A DNA stretch of 64,000 bases, taken from a virus. The stretch's first letter is position 1; the number at the start of each line of letters is the position of its first letter. Below, piece after piece: positions 48,232 to 57,140 of this stretch. The stretch is taken from positions 12,773 through 76,772 of IMG/VR virus record IMGVR_UViG_3300029441_000005, one strand, 5' to 3'. Position numbers and translations under genes: made by a program. The notes beneath the pieces were generated by a model. That model had not been told where the DNA came from. It saw only the letters and a list, made by a program, of their open reading frames with translations, and ran no database searches.

Positions 48232-49758
48232 TTATTTCTTTTCTCCTCGAAGTTTCCGGTCGGCCAAAGCCTGGGCAACTGCCTGAGTGGATTTGTCTCC
48301 GTTCTTCGTTTCATCTTCTCCCCCCGGATTGATAGAAGATGCCCGGCCCACGTCCTGAGAACCGCAATGGTTGCAGTGCATCGGGAATTTGTCCTCCAGC
48401 TGTGCATCGTAGGTCTTACGCAGAGCACTGAGTGTCTCCATGGTAGTTCCTTCGTTCTCCAGGAGTGCCAGGATATTCTGGTCTACGTTCTCCTCGCCGG
48501 AAACTTTCTTGTAGGCAGCCACCGTCTCCTCACGGAAGGATTTGATATGACCATCCCAGTTTTTCTTTGCTTCCTTGTAAGACTCTACATCCTTCTCGAG
48601 ATTTGCTTTCTCTTCTTTAAGAGTCTGAATCTCGGTGTCTTTGGAAGCCACGGCCTCTGTGAGGCTCTGATTCTGCTGTACCAGGTTTTTAATCTGGGTG
48701 ATAGCCAGCTCTGCCGAAACTTCCTGACCTTCAGAAAGGGTCAAAAGATTTTCACCAAAGAGGCTCGCCAGCACTTGCTGCAATTCTTTGTCCATGTTTG
48801 TTTTATTTGTTTGGTTATTGTGGTTACCCTTTCCGGCACCCTTTTCATTATTAGATTGGGTGGTATTGTACTTTATATCTTTTTCAGAAAGAACCTTGAA
48901 GTCGAACATAGATACCCTCTTTGCTGGGTCATTTGCTTCGGCAGCTTTTTCTTCAGAGAAAGAATAATACTGACTTCCTGCATAAGCAGGACTGTTTAAC
49001 TTACCGCTTTTGATAAGCTGGGCGAACGGGTCTGCCCCATGCCATACCAGAGATGTCTCTTTATAAGAAATAATCTTGGTAACAACCCTACGAATCAACT
49101 CTCCATTCTCGTTATAGGTACCAAGTTTAGAATAGAACTCCCATATATCTTCAAATACATGAGAGGGTTCCCATGCAAACTCTACAGTTACAGAGTTAGA
49201 ATGTATGGACGGAGGGTCCATTTGAATACCACGGGCTATACGAGGATTTGAAAGCCCGTCTATCTTCATGATACCGTTGATACCAGCAGGGATAATTATC
49301 CCGGTCTTTTCATCCTGATAAGCTTCTTGCCACTCTACAGACTTAACTGCCCCAATGGCATTAGCCACATCCGTTTCATGGTCTAGGTTAACTGATTGAC
49401 CTACCAACAATGGCATTGATTCCTTCAGTACTGCTTCGGGAAACTCAGTAGGATTATACTTCTTTGCCACTATTGCGGCAGAAAGCATTCGGAACATTGG
49501 CTCTATAAAGTCACTGTCCTTTGGCTTTAACATTTCTGGAGTTACTTCTGGCATGAACTGGTTGACATTCAAAGTGCCTCCCCACATACCAAACCTTTCC
49601 AGGGACTTCTTAGGGTCTTCACTGAAGTTGCCAGTGCCCTTATAGAAGTTTTCAGAGAGAGAGTGAGCATCTATAACTATTTCTGGCACATCTGATACCA
49701 TCAAGCTATGAGCTGCACTTAACACCATTACATCGGTGTTCTGCTGAGTCATTGGCAT
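48232..49758 (-). CDS. prohead protease / scaffolding fusion candidate
   Basis: Lies between portal and capsid. C-terminal coiled coil (LVQQNQSLTEAVASKDTEIQTLKEEKANLEKDVESYKE). Confidence 0.45.
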   Translation of the reverse strand: MPMTQQNTDVMVLSAAHSLMVSDVPEIVIDAHSLSENFYKGTGNFSEDPKKSLERFGMWGGTLNVNQFMPEVTPEMLKPKDSDFIEPMFRMLSAAIVAKKYNPTEFPEAVLKESMPLLVGQSVNLDHETDVANAIGAVKSVEWQEAYQDEKTGIIIPAGINGIMKIDGLSNPRIARGIQMDPPSIHSNSVTVEFAWEPSHVFEDIWEFYSKLGTYNENGELIRRVVTKIISYKETSLVWHGADPFAQLIKSGKLNSPAYAGSQYYSFSEEKAAEANDPAKRVSMFDFKVLSEKDIKYNTTQSNNEKGAGKGNHNNQTNKTNMDKELQQVLASLFGENLLTLSEGQEVSAELAITQIKNLVQQNQSLTEAVASKDTEIQTLKEEKANLEKDVESYKEAKKNWDGHIKSFREETVAAYKKVSGEENVDQNILALLENEGTTMETLSALRKTYDAQLEDKFPMHCNHCGSQDVGRASSINPGGEDETKNGDKSTQAVAQALADRKLRGEKK

Positions 49759-49761
49759 AAT

Positions 49762-51246
49762 TTATCTTGGTTTACTGTCTTGGTCTTTCCTTTTGGGATT
49801 AGGATTTGCTTTATCACGGGTTCTACGGTCTGACTTATCTTTATCGTCTTCTCGTTTCTTTTTCTTCTGACCGGTATCTGAATCACCCGTACCATCTGAA
49901 TCATCAGATTCTACAGGAGTTCTTGGTTCTGGTTGGTCTGGGGTTTCATAGCCCATATCCCGTGCAAACTGGTCCTGACTTATTATACCCTGATTGTACA
50001 AGGTTACATTTACCCGAGCACGGTATTCACGAGCTTGTTGTAACTTGATATCGTCTGAAACAGTTGAAGTTCCAAACTTGATAGTGATTCCCTTGTTGTT
50101 AAACCCAGCCAGGCGCAGTTCTAGAGAATAAAAGAACTCCAGTACAAAGATTACCAACGTTTGGATATTCTTTAACTGGGATATCATCTTAGACAGCTGT
50201 ATACCAGCTCCACCTTCAGTACCACTCTGTGATGCAGATACTCCGATAATAGAACCATTTACTCCCAAGCCGTTTGCCACAGATTGTTGATTCATATTCC
50301 AGGGAAGGTTTATATTCTGCATGGAAGCTGAAGTAGACCTTAGTTCGAATTCGTGGTCATCAATGTAACCAACCACTACTCCATCAGACATACCTCCAAC
50401 AATATTGGTCTTCATCTTCCTTAGAGTACTTTCCAAACGAGCAGCATAGGCTTTTTCACTCTCTCCAGCAGTACGTGGAGGTTTAGCCATCTTAGCTTCA
50501 AGGAAACCAACCATACCCATTACCTCCATGATATGTTTGAAATTCTTTCTCATGGTATGCTGACCAGCTATAGAATCCAAAGCAGACATAAATGGAGGTA
50601 CCCCGTAGGGTTCATCGGTATCATTGTACATACCTACATAACAATAGGTCTCTGTATTCAATCGTATGAATGAATCTTTGAGACCATCTACCAAACGTGG
50701 GTTTCTTTGATATGGGTGATATACTCCATTGTTCTCTCTCTTAAACCTTATAGTTTCTGGTTTTATGAAGAGTATGGTTTCCAGTCCTGTTAACTTCTTG
50801 TTTGGTACTCCTTCTACTGATATAGCACCACCAACGAGAAGCTGAACTATGAATTTATTCACTAACCCGTCAATACCAGCCGTATACTTAGACCACTTTT
50901 TTGATACATCCCTCAAGTGCTCCCTCATCTTGGTAGACTCTTCTGGAGTATTGTTTGGGAAGTCGATAGTATGACCTGTATTCGACAGCTTGAACATGTC
51001 CTGCAATGCAATGCTGACGTCCGGGTTTATCTTGTACAGGTCCCGAATGATAGGTATTAGTTCTGTTCTGAACGTTGGGGTAACTAAGTTCGTCATACCA
51101 TTAAGAGTGGTAATGAGTTCAGAGTTCCCCACACCATCATCTGGTTGAGAAACTCTGCCCGGACTTATTGAACCCTTTCCCTCATCTTTGTTCTGAGATT
51201 CCACAGGCTTAGACCTGGTGAACCAACTGATAGGATTAAGTTTCAT
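49762..51246 (-). CDS. portal protein
   Basis: 494 aa directly after the large terminase. Basic/acidic C-terminal tail. Confidence 0.65.
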   Translation of the reverse strand: MKLNPISWFTRSKPVESQNKDEGKGSISPGRVSQPDDGVGNSELITTLNGMTNLVTPTFRTELIPIIRDLYKINPDVSIALQDMFKLSNTGHTIDFPNNTPEESTKMREHLRDVSKKWSKYTAGIDGLVNKFIVQLLVGGAISVEGVPNKKLTGLETILFIKPETIRFKRENNGVYHPYQRNPRLVDGLKDSFIRLNTETYCYVGMYNDTDEPYGVPPFMSALDSIAGQHTMRKNFKHIMEVMGMVGFLEAKMAKPPRTAGESEKAYAARLESTLRKMKTNIVGGMSDGVVVGYIDDHEFELRSTSASMQNINLPWNMNQQSVANGLGVNGSIIGVSASQSGTEGGAGIQLSKMISQLKNIQTLVIFVLEFFYSLELRLAGFNNKGITIKFGTSTVSDDIKLQQAREYRARVNVTLYNQGIISQDQFARDMGYETPDQPEPRTPVESDDSDGTGDSDTGQKKKKREDDKDKSDRRTRDKANPNPKRKDQDSKPR

Positions 51247-51267
51247 GTTATATTGAATGGTTTATGC

Positions 51268-53763
51268 TTACTGAGGAATTACTACAGTACCAGATGGACT
51301 GTGAGACCTGATATGATTAGTGATAGCTTTACCGAATATCGCATCATCAGAATATGTTTCACCTTCCAAATCCAGGTCCATAGAGGAGTTATTCATTCTA
51401 TGCTTACCACGAGCAATAGGTCTTCCAGCACCGTCATAAATAAAGGTGTATGCTTCTTGTACAAAGAACGGGTCTTTTATAATTACGTTCTCTTCCCTGA
51501 TATCCTTCTCTAAGTTCTCGATTATTACAGAACGGTTCTTGGTTGTGGTCAACCATCCCGGGAACTTATCTTCTTCTGGTCTATTCTTCCTCTTCTTACG
51601 TAAGAGCTTAGTATAGAAGTATAGATTAGGATATCCCTCATCTTGAAGTATGGTAGTTACCGTCATACCAACATCATTGGTCTCGGGAGCTAACTTAGCA
51701 AAATTGAACTTCTCTCCAACATCACCAAGGAGTCGGGCATACTTGTTCAGGGGTATTCTCCCCTTATATACTGCAGCCTCTTCCCCTTCTTTATCCATAC
51801 AGGTGAAAGCAGAGTAGTCAGTACCTCTACCAGTAGCACAGTCACCACCAATAAAGTATTCTTTGTTCGGGTCAGGTTCATTGAACTCTTTATACTGACC
51901 CTTGAGACGAGTATTGATAACAGGGTAGTCAAATAAGCATTCCTCTATAGCTTTAATATCAGCTAAGTCGAATACTGTATTACCAGATGATAAGAAGTCA
52001 CCATCTATCTCCTGAGCAGTTCTCTTGGGACCAAGAGCAGCAGACATTTCTTCATACCATTTCTCATCTCTGTCAGGGTGCATCTGCCAATACAATCGTA
52101 TGGGGTTAAACGGATTACCCCCAGATATAGCATCTACCCAAGTACTATGGAAGAAGTTCCCGACGCCATAGGGGGTGTTATGAGACACGTAGTCTTCGTT
52201 GATGAGGTAAGATTCATCGTTTTCAACGCAAATATCATAAATGGTGTCGTAATACTTCCTGACTACTTTCAGCTTAGAAAGGTAGATACTTGTACATCTT
52301 TTACCAGATACAATACGTTGAATATATGGTTTGTTCAGCTTAACTCCGAACTTATCTTCAACCTCTTTAGATATCTTCTCTAACACTCCATAATAGTAAC
52401 CAAGTTCTTGATAACGATACCTTATGTAAGCTACTACTCTTAAGTCGTAGTTGAATCCACCTTTCAGCTTAGACCCAAGCTTCATGCCATAAGAGTATTT
52501 TGCAGCTTTTTGACTGTTCTCAGCTACTGTAACTATCTGGAGATTGGTTACATAGTTGTCTGAAGGATTGTTGTTAATGTGGTCAACTACATATCCTTCT
52601 GGAATTTCTCCTAAGAATACTTTAGCCACCAGATTGTGGACACATATCTTTTTCTTTTGACCCTTATTCCACAACCTTATATTTAGGTATCTCTCCCTAT
52701 TATTACAAGGTCTTGGTAACTTCTCTACCCTCGTCCCATTCTTTACAATGAAGATTCTTCCCCAGTTGGAGACTTCATAGTTTGGATAACCAGGTATGGG
52801 TTTGCATATCTCTTTCTTGGGTTTTACGGTTACTGGATTCTGCTCCAGACCGCTTATACCAGTATGATAGAAGATAGCAGGTATATCTCGTTTGATTATC
52901 TCTGAAACAGGTAACCAACCTTCAAGAGTATACAACTTATGTTTTGGAGTACATTTAATAACCCTACCTTGTTCATTGTGAACTTCCCAGGTTTTCAGTA
53001 CACCCTTGTTTACAGAACCAAGTACTCTCTGCCACTTTCCGGTATGTGATAATACTCTCAACCCGAGATGAGATATATCCATCTTACCAAAGGTCTTAGG
53101 ACATATAGAATCAACTCTGAAAGGTCCATCTTCACCTATTATCTGAGTGTCACCCGTGATACATGAGTTTACTATAGCAGCACCACCAGTTGATAGAGTA
53201 GGGAAGGCTGATGCCCAGATAGTTGAAGCCCATCTTACGATTGCTGCTTCATCAATCACCAACAACGACAAAGATTCAGAACGACCAGCTTGGTCAGAGG
53301 TTGGAATAGATTCTATTACAGAACCATTTGCAAACTCTATAGTTGATACAGAACCGAACTCCCCTGCACGACCGTTAATGATAGGCTCTTGCAAGTATGA
53401 AGGAAGGTTCTTGTACATGAATTTAATCTTCTTTAGTACCTTCTTTGCTACGGTGTCCTTGATTGAGATAATGTTTATCTTCTTGTTAGGATGATACATT
53501 GCTAACCAAAGACAGTAGAGAGAGATTAGCTCAGTAATACCAGCCTGACGAAACTTTAGGATGATATTGAACCTGTTGAGCATGAATTGGTATAGCACTG
53601 CCTTCTGAAAAGGATAAAACAAGAACTTTACCATACCCAACACGGGGTTTATCACGTAGCAGAAAGTAGAAAAGAAGAAAGGGTCTTTCATCACCCGAAC
53701 CAATGTCTTAAGTTGTTCTGGTGTAAGACTTGCATCTTCAACTAATGTCTTCTTTCTTGCCAT
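51268..53763 (-). CDS. terminase large subunit gene: terminase large subunit, interrupted in-frame by an intein
   Basis: Walker B LLVIDEAA and nuclease-domain FIGGDCATGRGTDYSAF. Extein total 502 aa. Confidence 0.85.
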   Translation of the reverse strand: MARKKTLVEDASLTPEQLKTLVRVMKDPFFFSTFCYVINPVLGMVKFLFYPFQKAVLYQFMLNRFNIILKFRQAGITELISLYCLWLAMYHPNKKINIISIKDTVAKKVLKKIKFMYKNLPSYLQEPIINGRAGEFGSVSTIEFANGSVIESIPTSDQAGRSESLSLLVIDEAAIVRWASTIWASAFPTLSTGGAAIVNSCITGDTQIIGEDGPFRVDSICPKTFGKMDISHLGLRVLSHTGKWQRVLGSVNKGVLKTWEVHNEQGRVIKCTPKHKLYTLEGWLPVSEIIKRDIPAIFYHTGISGLEQNPVTVKPKKEICKPIPGYPNYEVSNWGRIFIVKNGTRVEKLPRPCNNRERYLNIRLWNKGQKKKICVHNLVAKVFLGEIPEGYVVDHINNNPSDNYVTNLQIVTVAENSQKAAKYSYGMKLGSKLKGGFNYDLRVVAYIRYRYQELGYYYGVLEKISKEVEDKFGVKLNKPYIQRIVSGKRCTSIYLSKLKVVRKYYDTIYDICVENDESYLINEDYVSHNTPYGVGNFFHSTWVDAISGGNPFNPIRLYWQMHPDRDEKWYEEMSAALGPKRTAQEIDGDFLSSGNTVFDLADIKAIEECLFDYPVINTRLKGQYKEFNEPDPNKEYFIGGDCATGRGTDYSAFTCMDKEGEEAAVYKGRIPLNKYARLLGDVGEKFNFAKLAPETNDVGMTVTTILQDEGYPNLYFYTKLLRKKRKNRPEEDKFPGWLTTTKNRSVIIENLEKDIREENVIIKDPFFVQEAYTFIYDGAGRPIARGKHRMNNSSMDLDLEGETYSDDAIFGKAITNHIRSHSPSGTVVIPQ
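52177..53163 (-). mobile_element. 329-aa class-1 intein with a nested NUMOD4/HNH homing endonuclease
   Basis: N-splice ...AAIVNS|CITGDTQIIGEDG (Cys codon 53161-53163). C-splice ...EDYVSHN|T (Asn codon 52177-52179, +1 Thr). Internal YPNYEVSNWGRIF ... VHNLVAKVFLGEIPEGYVVDHINNNPSDNYVTNLQ. Confidence 0.8.
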
Positions 53764-53764
53764 G

Positions 53765-54424
53765 TCAGAAATTGTATGAAATTCTTAGGTACGGGTCGAG
53801 ACCTAAATTATCCCGAAGTTTAGGATAATAGTTGATATTCAACCCGGCTTCATAATTAAATTTACTGGTATTGTATTTCAAGCCTAAATCCAAATCATGG
53901 AAGTTATGTACTGGTCGTATGGTATACTGAGCTACTGGATTAAATCTTTTTAAGAAAGATGTTTTCTTATGGGTTAATTTACCATCCAGGTAGTTATATT
54001 GATAACGAAAGTAATTAACTGAATACTCCTCAGTAATAAGCTTACAATCAGTATTGAATGTAGTGATAGATAGTTTATCACCACCAGATAGTATTTGCAA
54101 CAACTTAGGAGCTTGGGGATAATTGGTCAAGAACAATTCATTGTATTCAATTTTAGTTGAATCTTTCTGAATGATAGTGACCACTCTATCAACATATTCT
54201 ATTCGTTCAATGGGAACAGAATCAACCCGATATAGGAACACCATTCGGGGTAATTGAATCTTATGGAATTCAACTTTGGGTACAAATGGATTATTAACCA
54301 CAACAGTATCAACCCGACGAGAAGAATTTTTAAGGTCATGACTTAATTCAGAATTTCGGTTCCATAACCAGAATATTGTTAAGGCCATAAATATGAAGGC
54401 CGAGGTTAGGATTACATTTTTCAT
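53765..54424 (-). CDS. secreted or membrane-anchored beta-rich protein ending in an outer-membrane-barrel-like C-terminal signature
   Basis: N-terminal hydrophobic MKNVILTSAFIFMALTIFWLW. Alternating-hydrophobic C-terminus ...DPYLRISYNF with terminal Phe. Confidence 0.35.
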   Translation of the reverse strand: MKNVILTSAFIFMALTIFWLWNRNSELSHDLKNSSRRVDTVVVNNPFVPKVEFHKIQLPRMVFLYRVDSVPIERIEYVDRVVTIIQKDSTKIEYNELFLTNYPQAPKLLQILSGGDKLSITTFNTDCKLITEEYSVNYFRYQYNYLDGKLTHKKTSFLKRFNPVAQYTIRPVHNFHDLDLGLKYNTSKFNYEAGLNINYYPKLRDNLGLDPYLRISYNF

Positions 54425-54594
54425 GGTTCAGGGTTTATGAAAACAATTAGGGGGGATTATAGGGGGGTTAAAGAAAGTAAATCTTAAAACTAATACTTAA
54501 AAGCTAAGTACTCCAGCAAGCTGGAGGTTATTTTCGTATTTTTCTAAAGAAAAATACTCAATAACTGCGCATATACGTACGCGATAGGGGATAT

Positions 54595-55593
54595 TCATTT
54601 TGATATTAGACCAGCCTTTTGTAAACAGGATTTTAACCACAATGAATTCTCATATACGGCACCCTTAGTTAGGGTATTTCTCCCTTTATTCAACCAATAA
54701 GTCGGATTAGCATTGTCAAAATATACCTTGAATGATTTGGGAAAACCCATAATCACCCTATATTCATCAAGTCCCATTATTCTACCGTGGGGATTAAATT
54801 GCCTTGATGAAGGTCTTACGGTTAATGGGTAGCTCTTTTTCTTATTTCGATATACTCCAGGAAGAGTCTTCATCTTTTGAGTTCTCATGGGCCATTTGTA
54901 ATCATTTTTGAACTCAGTTTTCCATAGCTTTCTCACTTGAGCTACTGTCAAAGTAGTTTTTGACTTATCTGCATAATGATACATGGCCAATTTTTTATCG
55001 TCAGCTTCTCTATAGTTTATGTCTCTCCTTACTCCTTTCTTCAGTTGACACAGATTTTTGGGTTTAGTAACTCTAAAAGTATGATCAAAGATCTGAGGAT
55101 TGATCTTGGAGTCTTTTCTGACTCCTATTAACACCAAACGTTTCCTACTTTGTTGAGAATTACCAAATACCGTAACGGAGTGACAGTGCACTATAAGTTT
55201 GTAATCGGGTAAATTATGTTCCCATTCCCCGATAGGGATAAAATCTAGAAGTTTTGGGAGGTTCTCAAGCATAAATATTGCTGGTTTGAACTTCTTAATA
55301 CTAGAAAGATACAGATTAAGAGTAACATCTTCCCGGGGTTTGCCCAGGGATTTTTTCCTGGAATATGAGAATACCGAGCTATGCCCACATGATGGAGAGC
55401 CGAGTATTAGGTCTATTTTGGAAGTTTTTACCTCTTCCAGTGACTTTACAAACGGTATATCACCAAAATTAAGCTTCCATTGCTCTTCTTTTTTGGAATG
55501 GAATACTGCTCTGGGTTCTACATTAGCTATAAGATGTTCCTTAAACTCAAAAAGAAGCGCTCCTTGGGCTCCACAGATACCTAAGACATTCAT
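54595..55593 (-). CDS. C5-cytosine methyltransferase-fold enzyme with a variant catalytic motif (start moved to MNVLGICG)
   Basis: Motif I GICGAQG, IV GSPSCGHSS (PCQ becomes SCG), VI MLENLPKL, VIII QQSRKRLVLIG, IX RIMGLDEYRVIMGFPKSF, X KGAV. Confidence 0.7.
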   Translation of the reverse strand: MNVLGICGAQGALLFEFKEHLIANVEPRAVFHSKKEEQWKLNFGDIPFVKSLEEVKTSKIDLILGSPSCGHSSVFSYSRKKSLGKPREDVTLNLYLSSIKKFKPAIFMLENLPKLLDFIPIGEWEHNLPDYKLIVHCHSVTVFGNSQQSRKRLVLIGVRKDSKINPQIFDHTFRVTKPKNLCQLKKGVRRDINYREADDKKLAMYHYADKSKTTLTVAQVRKLWKTEFKNDYKWPMRTQKMKTLPGVYRNKKKSYPLTVRPSSRQFNPHGRIMGLDEYRVIMGFPKSFKVYFDNANPTYWLNKGRNTLTKGAVYENSLWLKSCLQKAGLISK

Positions 55594-55671
55594 TGAAAAT
55601 AGAATTTTATAATATATACCGGAAGGTCTTGCAAAGACTACTTTAATATACAAATTTAATATCAAAACTAC

Positions 55672-55986
55672 ATGAAAGTTGGTGATTTATTACTGGTAAC
55701 AGGTCCTGCCTTCTTTGAAAAGACGGCAATTAAGGAGAGGAAAAAGGGGGTTTATACTCTCGAGAATGGTATTAAGACAGATAGAGATCTCAATCCTATC
55801 AATTCTAAGTATCAAATCGAGGTTTTTAACGAAGAAAAGTATAAAACTCTGGTAGCACAGAGAACTTTGAACCATGATTTGGAGAAATTGGCCGCTATCA
55901 ACAAGAAAGGGATTAAAAATCCTGATATAATCCGGTATGCAGCTGCCAAAATCAGTCGTATTATCGAAAAAATAGAAGGAAAATGA
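55672..55986 (+). CDS. hypothetical protein
   Basis: 104-aa ORF, first gene of the plus-strand island. Confidence 0.45.
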   Translation: MKVGDLLLVTGPAFFEKTAIKERKKGVYTLENGIKTDRDLNPINSKYQIEVFNEEKYKTLVAQRTLNHDLEKLAAINKKGIKNPDIIRYAAAKISRIIEKIEGK

Positions 55987-56186
55987 TACGTTTCTTATTA
56001 CATTGGATTACAGTAAACGTTATTAGTTACTCTGCATATTGTGGAGGTATGACTTGGAAAGCTTTGAAAGGAGTAAACAAGGAATATGAAGGTAATGAAT
56101 CTTGGTCCAAAGGTAAGAAAGAAACTATTCAAACACTCATAATTTGTATCACCATCATAATAATCATATCATGTCTGATATCTTAA
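55983..56186 (+). CDS. small membrane protein
   Basis: Hydrophobic N- and C-termini (LIICITIIIIISCLI). ATGA start/stop overlap. Confidence 0.4.
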   Translation: MIRFLLHWITVNVISYSAYCGGMTWKALKGVNKEYEGNESWSKGKKETIQTLIICITIIIIISCLIS

Positions 56187-56431
56187 TGACTGCTAATCCT
56201 GCTCCGGCTTGGTTGGGTTATACCCTTTTAGTGTTCTACACCCTCGGATTTATCTTCTGCCTATTTATCAGAAGTGTAATCGAAGAAACTCCTCTTAAAA
56301 AAGCCTCCAACCCAGTTAGATATGGAGTTTTATTCCTTATATGGGCAGTTAGTCCGGCAGTAATAACTGGATTATTTATACTAACCCTCAAAATTCTTTT
56401 CAAGAATGATACTCGAGTTAAACGACATTGA
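56171..56431 (+). CDS. small two-TM membrane protein (start at ATG 56171)
   Basis: WLGYTLLVFYTLGFIFCLFI and VLFLIWAVSPAVITGLFILTL. Confidence 0.45.
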   Translation: MSDILMTANPAPAWLGYTLLVFYTLGFIFCLFIRSVIEETPLKKASNPVRYGVLFLIWAVSPAVITGLFILTLKILFKNDTRVKRH

Positions 56432-56756
56432 AATAATTTTAAGGAAAGCCAGTGATGAAGAGAAGCAATCCATTCCGGTTTGGGATGCTTATATAGAGAA
56501 AGTAATCATAGACGGGAATATTCCTTCCCTTTTACGGGATAAACTCACTGGTAAGATAAATAATCTTACTCAGGGATTCACCCAAAAGTTCAGTGGTCAA
56601 TTAAAGGGTAATATTGAAAATGAGATATTGTCCTTAGAGGAATATGTATACCGTAAACATGACCTAACCTTTACTAAGCTAAGAGTAGTAAGAGAACATT
56701 ATTCATTAAGAATAACTACAGCTAAAGGTCAAACATTCGATATTTGGGAACCTTAA
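56406..56756 (+). CDS. hypothetical protein
   Basis: 116-aa ORF. Confidence 0.45.
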   Translation: MILELNDIEIILRKASDEEKQSIPVWDAYIEKVIIDGNIPSLLRDKLTGKINNLTQGFTQKFSGQLKGNIENEILSLEEYVYRKHDLTFTKLRVVREHYSLRITTAKGQTFDIWEP

Positions 56757-56769
56757 TAAAAATATCTAT

Positions 56770-57084
56770 ATGTCAGTAAAAGTTTATACTCCGGGTCAGT
56801 TCTATGCTGCTGGTGGAGTAGTAGAGGAAATGTTTTACCAAGAAGTTGGTAGAACAAAGAAGTACTTAAGGAAGAGAGTTGGTTTTGTACGTTCTTTTAA
56901 ACAAGTAATCAAGAATCTAAAGGACGAAGCTTGGAGAAAGTTTCATTACATGAAAGCTAACGTTAGAGGGGTAGATTATACCTTGGTATATGACCCCGAT
57001 AATGAGGAATACCCCTATCTTTTCGTAGAAACCAAGTTCTACTTCAAACAAAAGGCCAAGGTTAAAGAACCAGACCAAAAGTAG
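56770..57084 (+). CDS. hypothetical protein
   Basis: 104-aa ORF followed by a strong terminator. Confidence 0.45.
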   Translation: MSVKVYTPGQFYAAGGVVEEMFYQEVGRTKKYLRKRVGFVRSFKQVIKNLKDEAWRKFHYMKANVRGVDYTLVYDPDNEEYPYLFVETKFYFKQKAKVKEPDQK

Positions 57085-57100
57085 TAAATGTAATCACACA

Positions 57101-57129
57101 AAAGAGGTCAGATAAATACTGACCTCTTT
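57101..57129. terminator. bidirectional intrinsic terminator at a convergent junction
   Basis: AAAGAGGTCAG-ATAAATA-CTGACCTCTTT, an 11-bp perfect stem flanked by A-run and T-run. Confidence 0.7.
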
Positions 57130-57140
57130 TCCCTTTTATA

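Noticed and set aside
48208-48999. 263-aa plus-strand ORF (also 46598-47029, 46086-46508, 44213-44737)
   Set aside because: All are antisense to structural genes in compositionally biased regions. The sequences are Leu/Ser/Cys/Phe-rich without start context or promoter. They are treated as spurious.
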